Notes: generated by a model from the sequence alone, not told the origin. 64,000 bases of DNA from Flavobacteriales bacterium (GCA_020635715.1 JACJZG010000011.1:78587-142586), one strand, 5' to 3'. Numbered from the stretch's first letter, positions 10,177 to 19,578 are shown. Translations and numbers: made by a program.

Positions 10177-11412
10177 TTATGGATAGAGCAGATACTTCGC
10201 GCGGGTGGAAGAGAAATGGTCAAGGCCTTCCTTCCACGTGGCGCGAATGGCCTCTTCGCTCATCCCGGCCTCCACCTGCTCGCGCAGCTTCGGACCGCCA
10301 GCCAACTTATCGAAGAAGGGCGTGAAGAACTTCACCCCTTCCTTCGCCGTGGCGCGCATACCGATGAGCCACTGCAGGTTGATCCGGTGATCCAGACGGG
10401 CCTGGATGGCTCCGTACTCCGCAAGGTCGAGCCCGCTGCACGGCTGGTCCTTGTATGGTGGGTCCTTCGCCCCTGGCATGGAGCGCGGTGTGAACCGGTA
10501 GCGGCCGAGCGTCGACCCCGGATAGCCGATGCACTGGAAGGGCTTGTCCGTCCCGCGACCAACGCTCACGATCGTGCCTTCGAACAGGCCAAGGGACGGG
10601 TAGAGATACACTGAAGAGGCGTTCGGCAGGTTCGGCGAGGGCTTCACCGGCAGTTCATACAAGGTCGCATGATCATATCCGGCGCATGGTATCACCGCAA
10701 GGTCGCATTGGACACCATTCGCCAGCCAGCCTTCACCATTGATCATCCTGGCGAACTCACCGATGGTCATTCCATGGACCAATGGAACGGGATGCATTCC
10801 AACGAACGAGCGATGGGCGGGGTCCAGAACGGGACCATCCACATAGAAGCCGTTGGGGTTCGGACGGTCCAATACGACAACGGGTAAACCGTTCTCCGCT
10901 GCAGCCTCCATCACATAGTGCAAGGTGCCGATGTAGGTATAGAAGCGCACACCGACATCCTGGATGTCGAAGAGCAGCAGATCGACATCGGCGAGCTGTG
11001 CTTTCGTTGGCTTCTTGTTCGATCCGTACAAGGATGTCAACGGAAGGCCGGTGCGCGCATCACGTCCATCCTTCACATGTTCACCTGCATCCGCATCCCC
11101 TCGGAAACCGTGTTCCGGCGCGAAGACCTTCACCACATCCACCTTCAACGCCAGCAAGGAATCGACCAGATGAATGGTGCCGATACGTCCGGTCTGGTTC
11201 GTTACCACGGCGACGCGCTTGCCCGCCAACAGGGGCAGGTAGTCGACGGTGCGCTCGGCACCGACCTGAAGCGCTGTTCGAATGGCCGAGGGTTCATCAC
11301 CCAACTGCACCGCCTGTGTACGACCACAGGCTGCGAACACCAGGATGGCCGTAAGAGAGGCGCCTATCTTCGCCGCTGCCCAAGGCCCGCCATCCCTTTG
11401 AACGTCGCCCAC
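10177..11412 (-). CDS. DUF1343 family protein (exo-beta-N-acetylmuramidase NamZ-like)
   Basis: 411 aa. AVVTNQTG, FAPEHGFRG, LLLFDIQDVGVRFYTYI and VLDRPNP blocks are typical of DUF1343. The N-terminal LVFAAC is lipobox-like. GTG start. Confidence 0.85.
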   Translation of the reverse strand: MGDVQRDGGPWAAAKIGASLTAILVFAACGRTQAVQLGDEPSAIRTALQVGAERTVDYLPLLAGKRVAVVTNQTGRIGTIHLVDSLLALKVDVVKVFAPEHGFRGDADAGEHVKDGRDARTGLPLTSLYGSNKKPTKAQLADVDLLLFDIQDVGVRFYTYIGTLHYVMEAAAENGLPVVVLDRPNPNGFYVDGPVLDPAHRSFVGMHPVPLVHGMTIGEFARMINGEGWLANGVQCDLAVIPCAGYDHATLYELPVKPSPNLPNASSVYLYPSLGLFEGTIVSVGRGTDKPFQCIGYPGSTLGRYRFTPRSMPGAKDPPYKDQPCSGLDLAEYGAIQARLDHRINLQWLIGMRATAKEGVKFFTPFFDKLAGGPKLREQVEAGMSEEAIRATWKEGLDHFSSTRAKYLLYP

Positions 11413-12933
11413 TTCATCGCACGCCGCATCCTCGGCGACAGGGACCGGCAGGACCGCTTGTCACGGCCCATCGTATTGATCGCGGTGCTGGGGATCGTCA
11501 TCGGCATGGCGGTCATGATCGTCACGGTGTCCATCAGTACGGGCTTTCAACGGGAGATCCGGTCGAAGGTAACCGGCACCGGCGCCCACCTGCAGATCAC
11601 CGCCATCGCGCAGACCGATCCCAAGGAAACGCAACGGGTGTCCATCCGGCAGGACTTCCTCCCCGCCCTGGACAGCGTACCCGGCATCGCGCACGTCCAG
11701 GTCTTCGCCACGCATCCGGGCATCATCGAGACCGGCGAGGAGATCCAGGGCGTGGTGGTGAAAGGCGTGGGGGCCGACCAGGACTGGGGATTCCTCCAGC
11801 AGCACCTGAAGGCCGGCACCCTACCAGCGATCGGTGACACCACGCATCCCATCGACCTGCTGTTGTCCACCTACCTCGGCGACCGGCTCCGGATCGGGGT
11901 CGGTGACACCATCACCGTTTACCTGATCGAGGACAACGACGATATCCGCCCGCGGAAGTTCAGGGTATCCGGGCTGTACGAGACGGGGATCGAGAACCTG
12001 GACCACCAGCTTGTCTTCGTGGACATCGACCACCTGCAGCGTTTCGCGCAATGGGGACTGAAGGCCGAGATCCTCGTTTCCGATACAATGGATCGTGGCC
12101 GGGTCAAGGTGGAAGGGCTCGCCTTCGGGGGGATCGCGTATATGACTTTGAATGGCCCGGGCTGGAGATATCCGGAAAGGGGCCTCATTGGATCCCGTTC
12201 AGGACCGGGTAACACTCATCGTACACGATGCGAACGGTACGATACCGGACACGGCATGGTGGACCTTGCACCGAGCGATCCAGAACTCAAGAACAAGGAT
12301 GGACTGGCGGCACAGACCGTCCTGGTCACGTCGCGCGGGGTGGTAGTGGGGGTAGCCACACGGCCTATAGCGGCGGCTTCGAGGTGATCCTGGACCGCTT
12401 TGAGGACCTGGGACGGATGGATGACATGATCTACCGCGATCGATCTGGACATCCGCTTGCGATCGATCGAGTGTGAAACAGCGCTTCCCGGAGATCTTCG
12501 CCTGGCTGGACCTGCTGGACACCAATGTGATCGTGGTGATCGTGCTGATGATCATCGTGGCCATCATCAACATGACCTCGGCCCTGCTGATCATCATCCT
12601 GGAGCGCACCACCATGATCGGTGTGCTGAAGGCCCTGGGCGCGTCCAACGGCGCCATCCGGCGGATCTTCCTGATCGACGCCGCCTACATCCTGGGCACG
12701 GGCATCCTGCTGGGCGATCTGCTTGGCATCGGCCTCTGCCTGCTTCAGCAGCATTTCGGTATCGTCACCCTTCCGGTGGAGAGCTACTACGTGGACAAGG
12801 TCCCGGTGGACCTCGACCTGATGCCGGTCCTCTGGCTGAACCTCGGCACCCTCCTGGTGTGCGTGCTCGCCTTGATCGTCCCGAGCATGTTGGTGGCACG
12901 CATCGCGCTGGCCGGGCCATCCGGTTCGCCTGA
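11398..12933 (+). pseudogene. LolE/FtsX-family ABC transporter permease interrupted by about 7 frame shifts
   Basis: TTG 11398 gives MNVAHFIARRILGDRDRQDRLSRPIVLIAVLGIVIGMAVMIV (the family N-terminus). The FtsX domain (LERTTMIGVLKALGASNGAIRRIFL...) lies in another frame. The natural C-terminus GRAIRFA* (stop 12931-12933) lies in a third frame. Junctions are listed in the findings. Confidence 0.75.
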
Positions 12934-12967
12934 CCTTCGCGGGCGGCCCGCTACCTTCACGGCCGCA

Positions 12968-14323
12968 ATGCAGATCCACGAGAACATCCTCAGCACCATC
13001 GGCCGCACCCCGATGGTCCGACTGAACAAGATCACCAAGGACATCCCGGCCACCGTCCTGGCCAAGGTGGAGACCTTCAACCCCGGCAACTCGATCAAGG
13101 ACCGCATGGCCCTGAAGATGATCGAGGACGCCGAGAAGGCCGGGCTGCTGAAGCCGGGCGGCACCATCATCGAGGGCACCAGCGGCAACACCGGCATGGG
13201 GCTGGCCATCGCCGCCGTGGTGAAGGGCTACAAATGCATCTTCACCACCACCGACAAGCAGAGCAAGGAGAAGGTGGACGCCCTGAAGGCCTTGGGCGCC
13301 GAAGTGATCGTGTGCCCCACGGACGTGGACCCGGAGGACCCCCGCTCCTACTATTCCGTTTCATCCCGCCTGGTGGACGAGACCCCGAACAGCTGGAAGG
13401 CCAACCAGTACGACAACCCCAGCAACGCGCAGGCCCACTACGAGAGCACGGGCCCGGAACTGTGGGAGCAGACGGATGGAAAGATCACGCACCTGGTGGT
13501 GGGCGTGGGTACCGGTGGCACCATCAGCGGATCGGCCCGCTACCTCAAGGAGAAGAACCCGGACATCCAGGTGCTGGGCATCGACACCTACGGCTCGGTG
13601 TTCAAGAAGTACAAGGAGACCGGCGAGTTCGACAAGAACGAGATCTACCCCTACATCACCGAGGGCATCGGCGAGGACTTCCTGCCGCAGTGCGTGGACT
13701 TCAGCCTGATCGACCACTTCGAGAAGGTGACCGACCGCGACGCCGCCATCTGGACCCGGAAGATCGCCCGCGAGGAGGGCATCTTCGTGGGCAACAGCGC
13801 CGGCGCCGCCATGGCCGGGCTGGTGCAGATGAAGGACCGCTTCAAGGAGGGCGATGTGGTGGTGGTGATCTTCCACGACCACGGCACCCGCTACCTGGGC
13901 AAGATGTTCAACGACGACTGGATGCGCGAGCGCGGTTTCCTTGTCGAGGAGAAGCCCACGGCCGGAGACCTGCTGAAAGGCAAGTCGCTGGCGCTGGTGA
14001 GCGTGGAGGCCGAGGAGCCCGTGTACCTGGCCATCGAACGCATGCGCCAGCACAACATCGACCAGCTGCCGGTGTTCGAGGGTGGCAAGCCGGTGGGCAC
14101 GATCACCGATGCGCGCCTGTTCGATGCGATCCTGGAGGATGCCGACGTGCGCACCCAAGCCTCCCGCGTGGTGATGGGTCCTGCCCTGCCGGTGCTGAAG
14201 ATCGACGCGACGCTCGAGGAAGTGGCGAAGAAGCTGGGCAATGGATCCCCTGCAGTGCTGGTGGAACAGGTGAACGGCTACGGGATCATCACGAAGCAGG
14301 ATATCATCGGGAAGTTGAAGTAG
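12968..14323 (+). CDS. Cystathionine beta-synthase-type PLP enzyme (cysteine synthase fold plus tandem CBS domains)
   Basis: ATG 12968 gives MQIHENILSTIGRTPMVRLNK, followed by FNPGNSIKDRMA (PLP lysine block), GTSGNTGMGLA and a C-terminal CBS pair (HNIDQLPVFEGGKPVGTITD..., GYGIITKQDIIGKL). The longer ORF-track ORF 12473-14323 is a frameshift artefact. Confidence 0.85.
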   Translation: MQIHENILSTIGRTPMVRLNKITKDIPATVLAKVETFNPGNSIKDRMALKMIEDAEKAGLLKPGGTIIEGTSGNTGMGLAIAAVVKGYKCIFTTTDKQSKEKVDALKALGAEVIVCPTDVDPEDPRSYYSVSSRLVDETPNSWKANQYDNPSNAQAHYESTGPELWEQTDGKITHLVVGVGTGGTISGSARYLKEKNPDIQVLGIDTYGSVFKKYKETGEFDKNEIYPYITEGIGEDFLPQCVDFSLIDHFEKVTDRDAAIWTRKIAREEGIFVGNSAGAAMAGLVQMKDRFKEGDVVVVIFHDHGTRYLGKMFNDDWMRERGFLVEEKPTAGDLLKGKSLALVSVEAEEPVYLAIERMRQHNIDQLPVFEGGKPVGTITDARLFDAILEDADVRTQASRVVMGPALPVLKIDATLEEVAKKLGNGSPAVLVEQVNGYGIITKQDIIGKLK

Positions 14324-14390
14324 CCACGGTCCTAGGGGTTCGAGGAACACGAAGTGATCACCGCCTGAACGGGGACGCTACTTTGGATCA

Positions 14391-15698
14391 ATGCCGATAA
14401 CCCGATGGTCGCTCTTCCTGACCCTTGTGGTATTGGTCATCTGCAGTTCGAACATCAACTGGGGCAAGGAGCACTGGCGGACGGTCCTGCAGGTCGATGC
14501 CCGGGGCTACCATGCCTATCTCCCCGCACTGATCATTGAAGGCGACCCGAACTTCTCCTCCTTCGATGCGATCGAACGGATCTATACCGATGACCCCGCT
14601 GGCGTGTACGATTACCGGGCCTCGGTCGATGGGGTGCACATCAACAAGTACTTCCTGGGAACGGCCCTCGTGCAACTCCCCGTGTTCCTGGCAGCACACG
14701 GGTTCGCGCTGATCACCGATCAACCAGCCGATGGTTGGTCGAAGCCGTACGTGGTGGCCGTGAACCTGTCAGCGATAGCGTCAGTGCTGCTTGGCCTGTG
14801 GTGCCTTGCGCGGCTGCTTGGCTCTTACGGGGTCCGCGATGCCCATATCGCCTTCACCCTGACCTGCTTCACATTCGGCACGAACCTATTCTACTACACG
14901 ATCGTGGCACCCGGAATGAGCCATGCGTACAGTTTCGGGCTGTGTAACGCATTCCTTCTCGTAGGTAGACGTCTGGCCCTTGCACCGCGCGGTCCATATC
15001 TGCTGATGCTCGGCGCCCTGCTCGGTCTCATCGTGCTGATCCGGCCCGTGAATGGGTTGATCCTCCTGGCCCTCCCGATCCTGTTCGATAACGCTATGCA
15101 GTATAAGAACCTGCTGTCATTCCTACGGAACAGTCCGGTGTATGCGGTCGGTGCCGGCTTGCTCGCCGCCTTGGTATTGAGCCTGCAGTTCTCGTACTAT
15201 CGCTGGGCCACGGGGCATTGGATCGTCTATAGCTATGGCGAGGAGGGCTTCAATTGGTCCGATCCGCACATGCTGGACCTCTTGTGGAGCTACCGGAAAG
15301 GCCTTTTCGTCTACACCCCCATGGCCCTGTTGGCGTGCGCAGGGTTGGTGGTGCTTTGGCGACATTTCCGCGGGGTCAGCTGGCTACTGTTCTTCACCGT
15401 GCTCACCTATGTGCTTTCCTCATGGTGGAACTGGTGGTACGGTGGCAGCTTCGGTTCCCGTGTGTTCGTGGAGTACCTGGGGCTCTTCGCCCTTCCCTTC
15501 GCGCTTGCCTTGACCTACGCACCGATACGGTGGCGCCGCGTGATGGTCGTTTGCTCGATCGCCCTCATCCTGGTCTGCCAGATCCAGACCTATCAGGCCC
15601 GCTATTATCGGATCCATTGGTCGGATATGAACAAGGAACGGTACTGGGATGAGTTCCTTCGTATCGACAGGCTCACTGACCATGAAGCAGATGCTTGA
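14391..15698 (+). CDS. Polytopic membrane protein, GT-C-like glycosyltransferase candidate
   Basis: 435 aa with many hydrophobic helices and aromatic-rich loops (SSWWNWWYGGSFGSRVF). Exact family not recognised. Confidence 0.55.
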   Translation: MPITRWSLFLTLVVLVICSSNINWGKEHWRTVLQVDARGYHAYLPALIIEGDPNFSSFDAIERIYTDDPAGVYDYRASVDGVHINKYFLGTALVQLPVFLAAHGFALITDQPADGWSKPYVVAVNLSAIASVLLGLWCLARLLGSYGVRDAHIAFTLTCFTFGTNLFYYTIVAPGMSHAYSFGLCNAFLLVGRRLALAPRGPYLLMLGALLGLIVLIRPVNGLILLALPILFDNAMQYKNLLSFLRNSPVYAVGAGLLAALVLSLQFSYYRWATGHWIVYSYGEEGFNWSDPHMLDLLWSYRKGLFVYTPMALLACAGLVVLWRHFRGVSWLLFFTVLTYVLSSWWNWWYGGSFGSRVFVEYLGLFALPFALALTYAPIRWRRVMVVCSIALILVCQIQTYQARYYRIHWSDMNKERYWDEFLRIDRLTDHEADA

Positions 15699-16488
15699 CC
15701 AGATGCGGCGCCAGGTGCTGGTACCGGACCGGCCGGGACGCATCATCTCCCTCGTCCCTTCCCAGACCGAACTGCTCCACGACCTCGGCCTGGGCGATCG
15801 CGTGGTCGGCATCACCAAGTTCTGCGTGCATCCGGTGGAGTGGTTCCGCAGCAAGGCCCGCGTTGGCGGGACGAAGAAGGTGGACATCGACAAGGTGCGC
15901 GCTCTGAAGCCCGACCTGATCATCGGGAACAAGGAAGAGAACGAGCGGACGGATATCGAGGCCTTGAAAAAGGAGTTCCCCGTCTGGATGAGCGATGTGC
16001 GCGACCTGAAGGACGCGACCGACATGATCACCCGCATCGGATCGATCACTGGAACGGAGGACGGTGCCACCCGGATGATCAAGCACATCGACCAGGCATT
16101 CAATGGACTGAAGCCGTTATCACCCGCCCTTTCGGCCGCCTACTTCATCTGGCAGGACCCGTTGATGGTGGCTGGCGGCGACACCTTCATCAACGACATG
16201 ATGCGGCATTGTGGACTGGTCAACGTCTTCACGTCACGTCCAGGCCGCTATGTGGAAGTGACAGCCAGGGAACTGGCCGCTGCGGACCCGGACGTGATCC
16301 TGCTCTCTTCCGAGCCCTTCCCGTTCGCTGAGAAACACATCGCTCAGTTCAATATGATCTGCCCGGGCTCGCCGGTGCGGCTCGTGGATGGAACCTACTT
16401 CAGCTGGTACGGCAGTCGTCTCATGCATGCTCCGTCGTACTTCCGGTCGCTGTTGGAGGAGATGATCCCCTCCGGCGGTCACCCCTGA
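15682..16488 (+). CDS. Periplasmic binding protein (BtuF-like / helical-backbone metal receptor)
   Basis: ATG 15682. RIISLVPSQTELLHDLGLGDRVVGITKFC, KPDLIIGNKEEN and DPDVILLSSEPFPF blocks are typical of the cobalamin/siderophore-binding fold. It overlaps the upstream gene by 17 nt. Confidence 0.7.
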   Translation: MKQMLDQMRRQVLVPDRPGRIISLVPSQTELLHDLGLGDRVVGITKFCVHPVEWFRSKARVGGTKKVDIDKVRALKPDLIIGNKEENERTDIEALKKEFPVWMSDVRDLKDATDMITRIGSITGTEDGATRMIKHIDQAFNGLKPLSPALSAAYFIWQDPLMVAGGDTFINDMMRHCGLVNVFTSRPGRYVEVTARELAAADPDVILLSSEPFPFAEKHIAQFNMICPGSPVRLVDGTYFSWYGSRLMHAPSYFRSLLEEMIPSGGHP

Positions 16489-16585
16489 TCATCGATCCTC
16501 AACCACATACTTGAACGGTCATAGAGGCGTTCCAACGGCGGCCCATCCTTTGCTGGTCGGCTACTTTTGCCGGGCATCAGCACCC

Positions 16586-18991
16586 ATGCGTTCGCTCCTC
16601 TCCTTCCTCCTGTGCATTGGCCTGTCGTGGGCGCATGGGCAGCGCGTGGGGTTGGTGCTGAGCGGCGGTGGCGCCACCGGGTTGACCCATATCGGCGTGA
16701 TGAAAGCCCTGGAGGAGAACGGTGTGCCTATCGACTACATCGCGGGCAGCAGCATGGGAGCCTTGGTCGGTGGCCTTTACGCGGCTGGATACTCCCCGGC
16801 CCAGATCGACTCGCTCTTCCACACCGAGCTGTTCCAGATCATGGCCGCCGGGGGGATCGAGCCGCGGTTCCAGTACTATTTCAAGCAGGATGCTCCGGAT
16901 GCCTCGCTCATCACGCTCCGCCTCGACCTGGACACCCTCCTGCAGTACTCGCTACCGACTAACCTGCGAGAGCCGGCCTTGATCGACTTCGAGCAGATGA
17001 CGAGCCTCGGGCCTGTCTCCGCAGCCTCGGGTTATGACCTTGACAGCCTGTTCGTCCCCTTCCGCTGTGTGGCTTCGGACATCACGGATCAGCGTTCGGT
17101 GGTGTTCCGGGAGGGCGACCTGGCCCAGGTGATCCGGGCCAGCATGAGCTATCCCTTCTACTTCAAGCCGATCCGGGTGGACGGCCACCTGATGATGGAT
17201 GGAGGACTTTACAACAACTTCCCCAGCGATGTGATGTACAGCGACTTCATGCCGGACCTGATCGTGGGGAGCAACGTGGCCTACAACAGCCCTCCACCGA
17301 ACGAGGATGACCTGATAGGCCAGCTGCGGGCCATGATGCAGGAGCGGACCATGTACGAGATCGAGTGCGAGAACGGGATCATCGTGGAGCCGCGAACGGC
17401 CACATCGCTCTTCGACTTCACCGACCCGGCCACGGCGATCGCGGATGGATACGCTGCGGCCATGGAACGGATGCCGGAGATCCTGGCCCAGGTGCACCGT
17501 CGTGTCGACCCGGCGGAACTCGACCTCAAGCGCCGCGCGTTCCGCAAGCGGATCCCACCGATGGTCTTCGACCAGGTGCGGATCCATGGCCTCACGAGGT
17601 CGCAGACGCGCTTCGTTGAGCGCAGCCTCGATCGGCGCCGGGGCCTGCTCATCCCGGAGACCCTGAAGCCGGTATACTTCCGGCTGGTGGCCGACCAGAA
17701 CATCGCCAGCCTCTATCCGAAGGCCACCTACGTGCCGGAGAGGGACCGCTTCAACCTCGACCTCTTTGTGAAGCGCGAGAAGAACCTGCAGGTGCGCTTC
17801 GGCGGCATGTTCTCCTCCAGACCGGTGAACACCGGCATGGTGGCCCTGCGTTACCACCTCTTCGGCCGCAGTTCGGCCCATGTGGAGGCCTCTTCCTATT
17901 TCGGTAAGTTCTATGCGGCTGGCCAGTTGAAGTTCCGCGCCTACCTGAGCACGAAAGCTCCCCTCTACCTCGAGCCCGTGTTCAACCTCCATCGTTGGGA
18001 CCACTTCCGAAGCTTCAGCACCTTCTTTGATGAGGTGAAGCCGTCCTACATCGTGATCCGCGAGGTGTACGGAGGCCTGAACGCGGGAATGGGCCTGGAT
18101 AACAAGGGCGTGCTCCGCTACGACGTTCGGCTGGGCGAGACCCTGGACCGCTATTATCAAGGCCTCGATTTCACCGCTTTCGACACTACCGATGCCACGT
18201 ATTTCCGGCATATCACCACCGGTTTGACGATCGAGCGGAACTCGCTGAACCGCAAGCAGCACCCGAACGCAGGTGAATCGTTGATGGCCTCCGTACGCTA
18301 TACAGGTGGTGACGAGCGCACCGAACTCGGCTCAACGAGCCTGAACAAGCTCCTCTTCAAGTCCCGTCATGACTGGATCATGGCCAAGGTCACCCTGGAC
18401 AAGTATTTCCTGCCGCGTGGGATCTTCAAGTTCGGCTTCCTGGCGGAAGGCGTGTACAGCACCATGCCCGCCTTCCAGAATTACACCGCCAGTGTGATAC
18501 GCTCGCCGGCCTTCCAACCCACGCCGGAGATCAAGACCTACTTCATCGATCGCTTCCGTTCCCCGAAATACCTCGCTGGCGGGGTGCGTACCATCATCGC
18601 CGTGGCGAGGAACAAGTTCGACCTGAGGCTCGAAGGCCACGTTTTCCAGCCCTACGAACCCTTCCTGCAGGCTGCGGATAATACCGCGAGCACCTCGGCA
18701 GCCTTCTCGCAGCGGTACTACATCGGTTCCGGCTCGCTGATCTACCAGAGCCCACTGGGGCCCGTGTGGTTCAACCTGAGCTATTTCGACGGCCTGCGTG
18801 AACCGTGGGCCTGGAGCCTGAACTTCGGATATATCCTGTTCAACCACAAAGTCTGGAATGATCACGCACGACCTGCTTCGACACCTACGAGGTCAGTGAA
18901 GGCGAGTACGAGCAGCTACCCTGGGGCAAGCGGCCGGATGAGAAGTTGTGGGAAGCCGTGGATGGCCTGCTGCTCGACCTGCATCTGGTGA
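16586..18991 (+). CDS. Patatin-like phospholipase with a C-terminal outer-membrane-like domain (3' end probably mis-extended)
   Basis: ATG 16586 gives the signal peptide MRSLLSFLLCIGLSWAHG, then GLVLSGGGATG and AGSSMGALVGG (G-x-S-x-G). The last 46 residues, after NFGYILFNHK, are Arg/Ser/Cys-rich and not protein-like. A one-base correction in the A-run 18848-18850 gives ...FNHKSLE* ending at 18861. Confidence 0.8.
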   Translation: MRSLLSFLLCIGLSWAHGQRVGLVLSGGGATGLTHIGVMKALEENGVPIDYIAGSSMGALVGGLYAAGYSPAQIDSLFHTELFQIMAAGGIEPRFQYYFKQDAPDASLITLRLDLDTLLQYSLPTNLREPALIDFEQMTSLGPVSAASGYDLDSLFVPFRCVASDITDQRSVVFREGDLAQVIRASMSYPFYFKPIRVDGHLMMDGGLYNNFPSDVMYSDFMPDLIVGSNVAYNSPPPNEDDLIGQLRAMMQERTMYEIECENGIIVEPRTATSLFDFTDPATAIADGYAAAMERMPEILAQVHRRVDPAELDLKRRAFRKRIPPMVFDQVRIHGLTRSQTRFVERSLDRRRGLLIPETLKPVYFRLVADQNIASLYPKATYVPERDRFNLDLFVKREKNLQVRFGGMFSSRPVNTGMVALRYHLFGRSSAHVEASSYFGKFYAAGQLKFRAYLSTKAPLYLEPVFNLHRWDHFRSFSTFFDEVKPSYIVIREVYGGLNAGMGLDNKGVLRYDVRLGETLDRYYQGLDFTAFDTTDATYFRHITTGLTIERNSLNRKQHPNAGESLMASVRYTGGDERTELGSTSLNKLLFKSRHDWIMAKVTLDKYFLPRGIFKFGFLAEGVYSTMPAFQNYTASVIRSPAFQPTPEIKTYFIDRFRSPKYLAGGVRTIIAVARNKFDLRLEGHVFQPYEPFLQAADNTASTSAAFSQRYYIGSGSLIYQSPLGPVWFNLSYFDGLREPWAWSLNFGYILFNHKVWNDHARPASTPTRSVKASTSSYPGASGRMRSCGKPWMACCSTCIW

Positions 18992-19096
18992 AGCACGGCT
19001 ATGCCACCGATGGATACGAGAAGTTCCTGGAGAAGGAGTTGAAGCGGCTGTGTGCGGATGAGGCGGTGGCGGACAGGCTGCGAACTCGAGGATTAA
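18858..19096 (+). pseudogene. Small protein-like ORF with no in-frame start (probable frameshift); boundaries uncertain
   Basis: ATG 18858 overlaps the corrected patatin stop in an ATGA arrangement. After one shift near CC 18872-18873 the reading becomes MITHD|CFDTYEVSEGEYEQLPWGKRPDEKLWEAVDGLLLDLHLVKHGYATDGYEKFLEKELKRLCADEAVADRL. As assembled, the frame runs to 19377 through a terminator hairpin and into the convergent gene, which is implausible. Confidence 0.3.
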
Positions 19097-19188
19097 TGTT
19101 GAATGCGGATGTGAGCGACCACTGGAAGGACCTTCGTTCTGGTATTCGTCCCGCAGTGGAACGCCAATCTCCGCCCAGGTACGAATAC

Positions 19189-19223
19189 GACGATGGCCCT
19201 CCGTGGAGGGAGGGGCCATCGTC
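19189..19223. terminator. Long hairpin between convergent genes
   Basis: gacgatggccctcc gtggag ggaggggccatcgtc, a 14-bp stem with one bulge, immediately downstream of the corrected DUF3467 stop (19237). Confidence 0.5.
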
Positions 19224-19236
19224 AGGTTCTGTGCGA

Positions 19237-19558
19237 TCAAGCCTGCGCTGTGGGTCCGCCAAAGTTCATCGGCACCTCGGGCATTTCGCTTCTCGCGGAT
19301 GGTGCCATGCACCTGCTCGAACTTCTGCACGTTGTCCGCAAGCGCGCGCATCAGGCGCTTCGCGTGTTGCGGTGTGAGCAGGATGCGTGAACGCACCTTG
19401 GCCTTGGGCACACCGGGCATCACGCGCACGAAGTCCACCACGAACTCCGAATTGCTGTGGGTGATGATGGCGAGGTTGCTGTAAATGCCATCGGCCACCT
19501 CCTCGCTGATCTCGATGTTCAACTGGTTGGGGCGGTTCTGGTCGTTCTGGTCTGCCAT
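19237..19558 (-). pseudogene. DUF3467 family protein (conserved rpoC-downstream gene) with one frame shift near its 3' end
   Basis: MADQNDQNRPNQLNIEISEEVADGIYSNLAIITHSNSEFVVDFVRVMPGVPKAKVRSRILLTPQHAKRLMRAL is the family core. After GTIREKR the listed frame turns non-protein-like for 120 aa. A one-base correction at the T-run 19284-19286 gives MPEVPMNFGGPTAQA* with the stop at 19237-19239. Confidence 0.75.
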
Positions 19559-19578
19559 GTTCGGATCTTATTGAACGC

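Noticed and set aside
11398-11412. 15-nt overlap of the divergent starts of the NamZ-like gene (GTG 11412) and the permease (TTG 11398).
   Set aside because: This is probably a start-codon assignment issue and not biology. Both use non-ATG starts chosen by eye, and the NamZ signal peptide would tolerate a start further downstream.
12473-14323. 616-aa ORF that looks like a natural FtsX-permease / cystathionine-beta-synthase fusion.
   Set aside because: The permease's canonical C-terminus ...AIRFA* and its stop (12931-12933) are present one frame over. The CBS-type enzyme has its own ATG at 12968 with a normal N-terminus. The fusion is created by a single-base shift near 12908.
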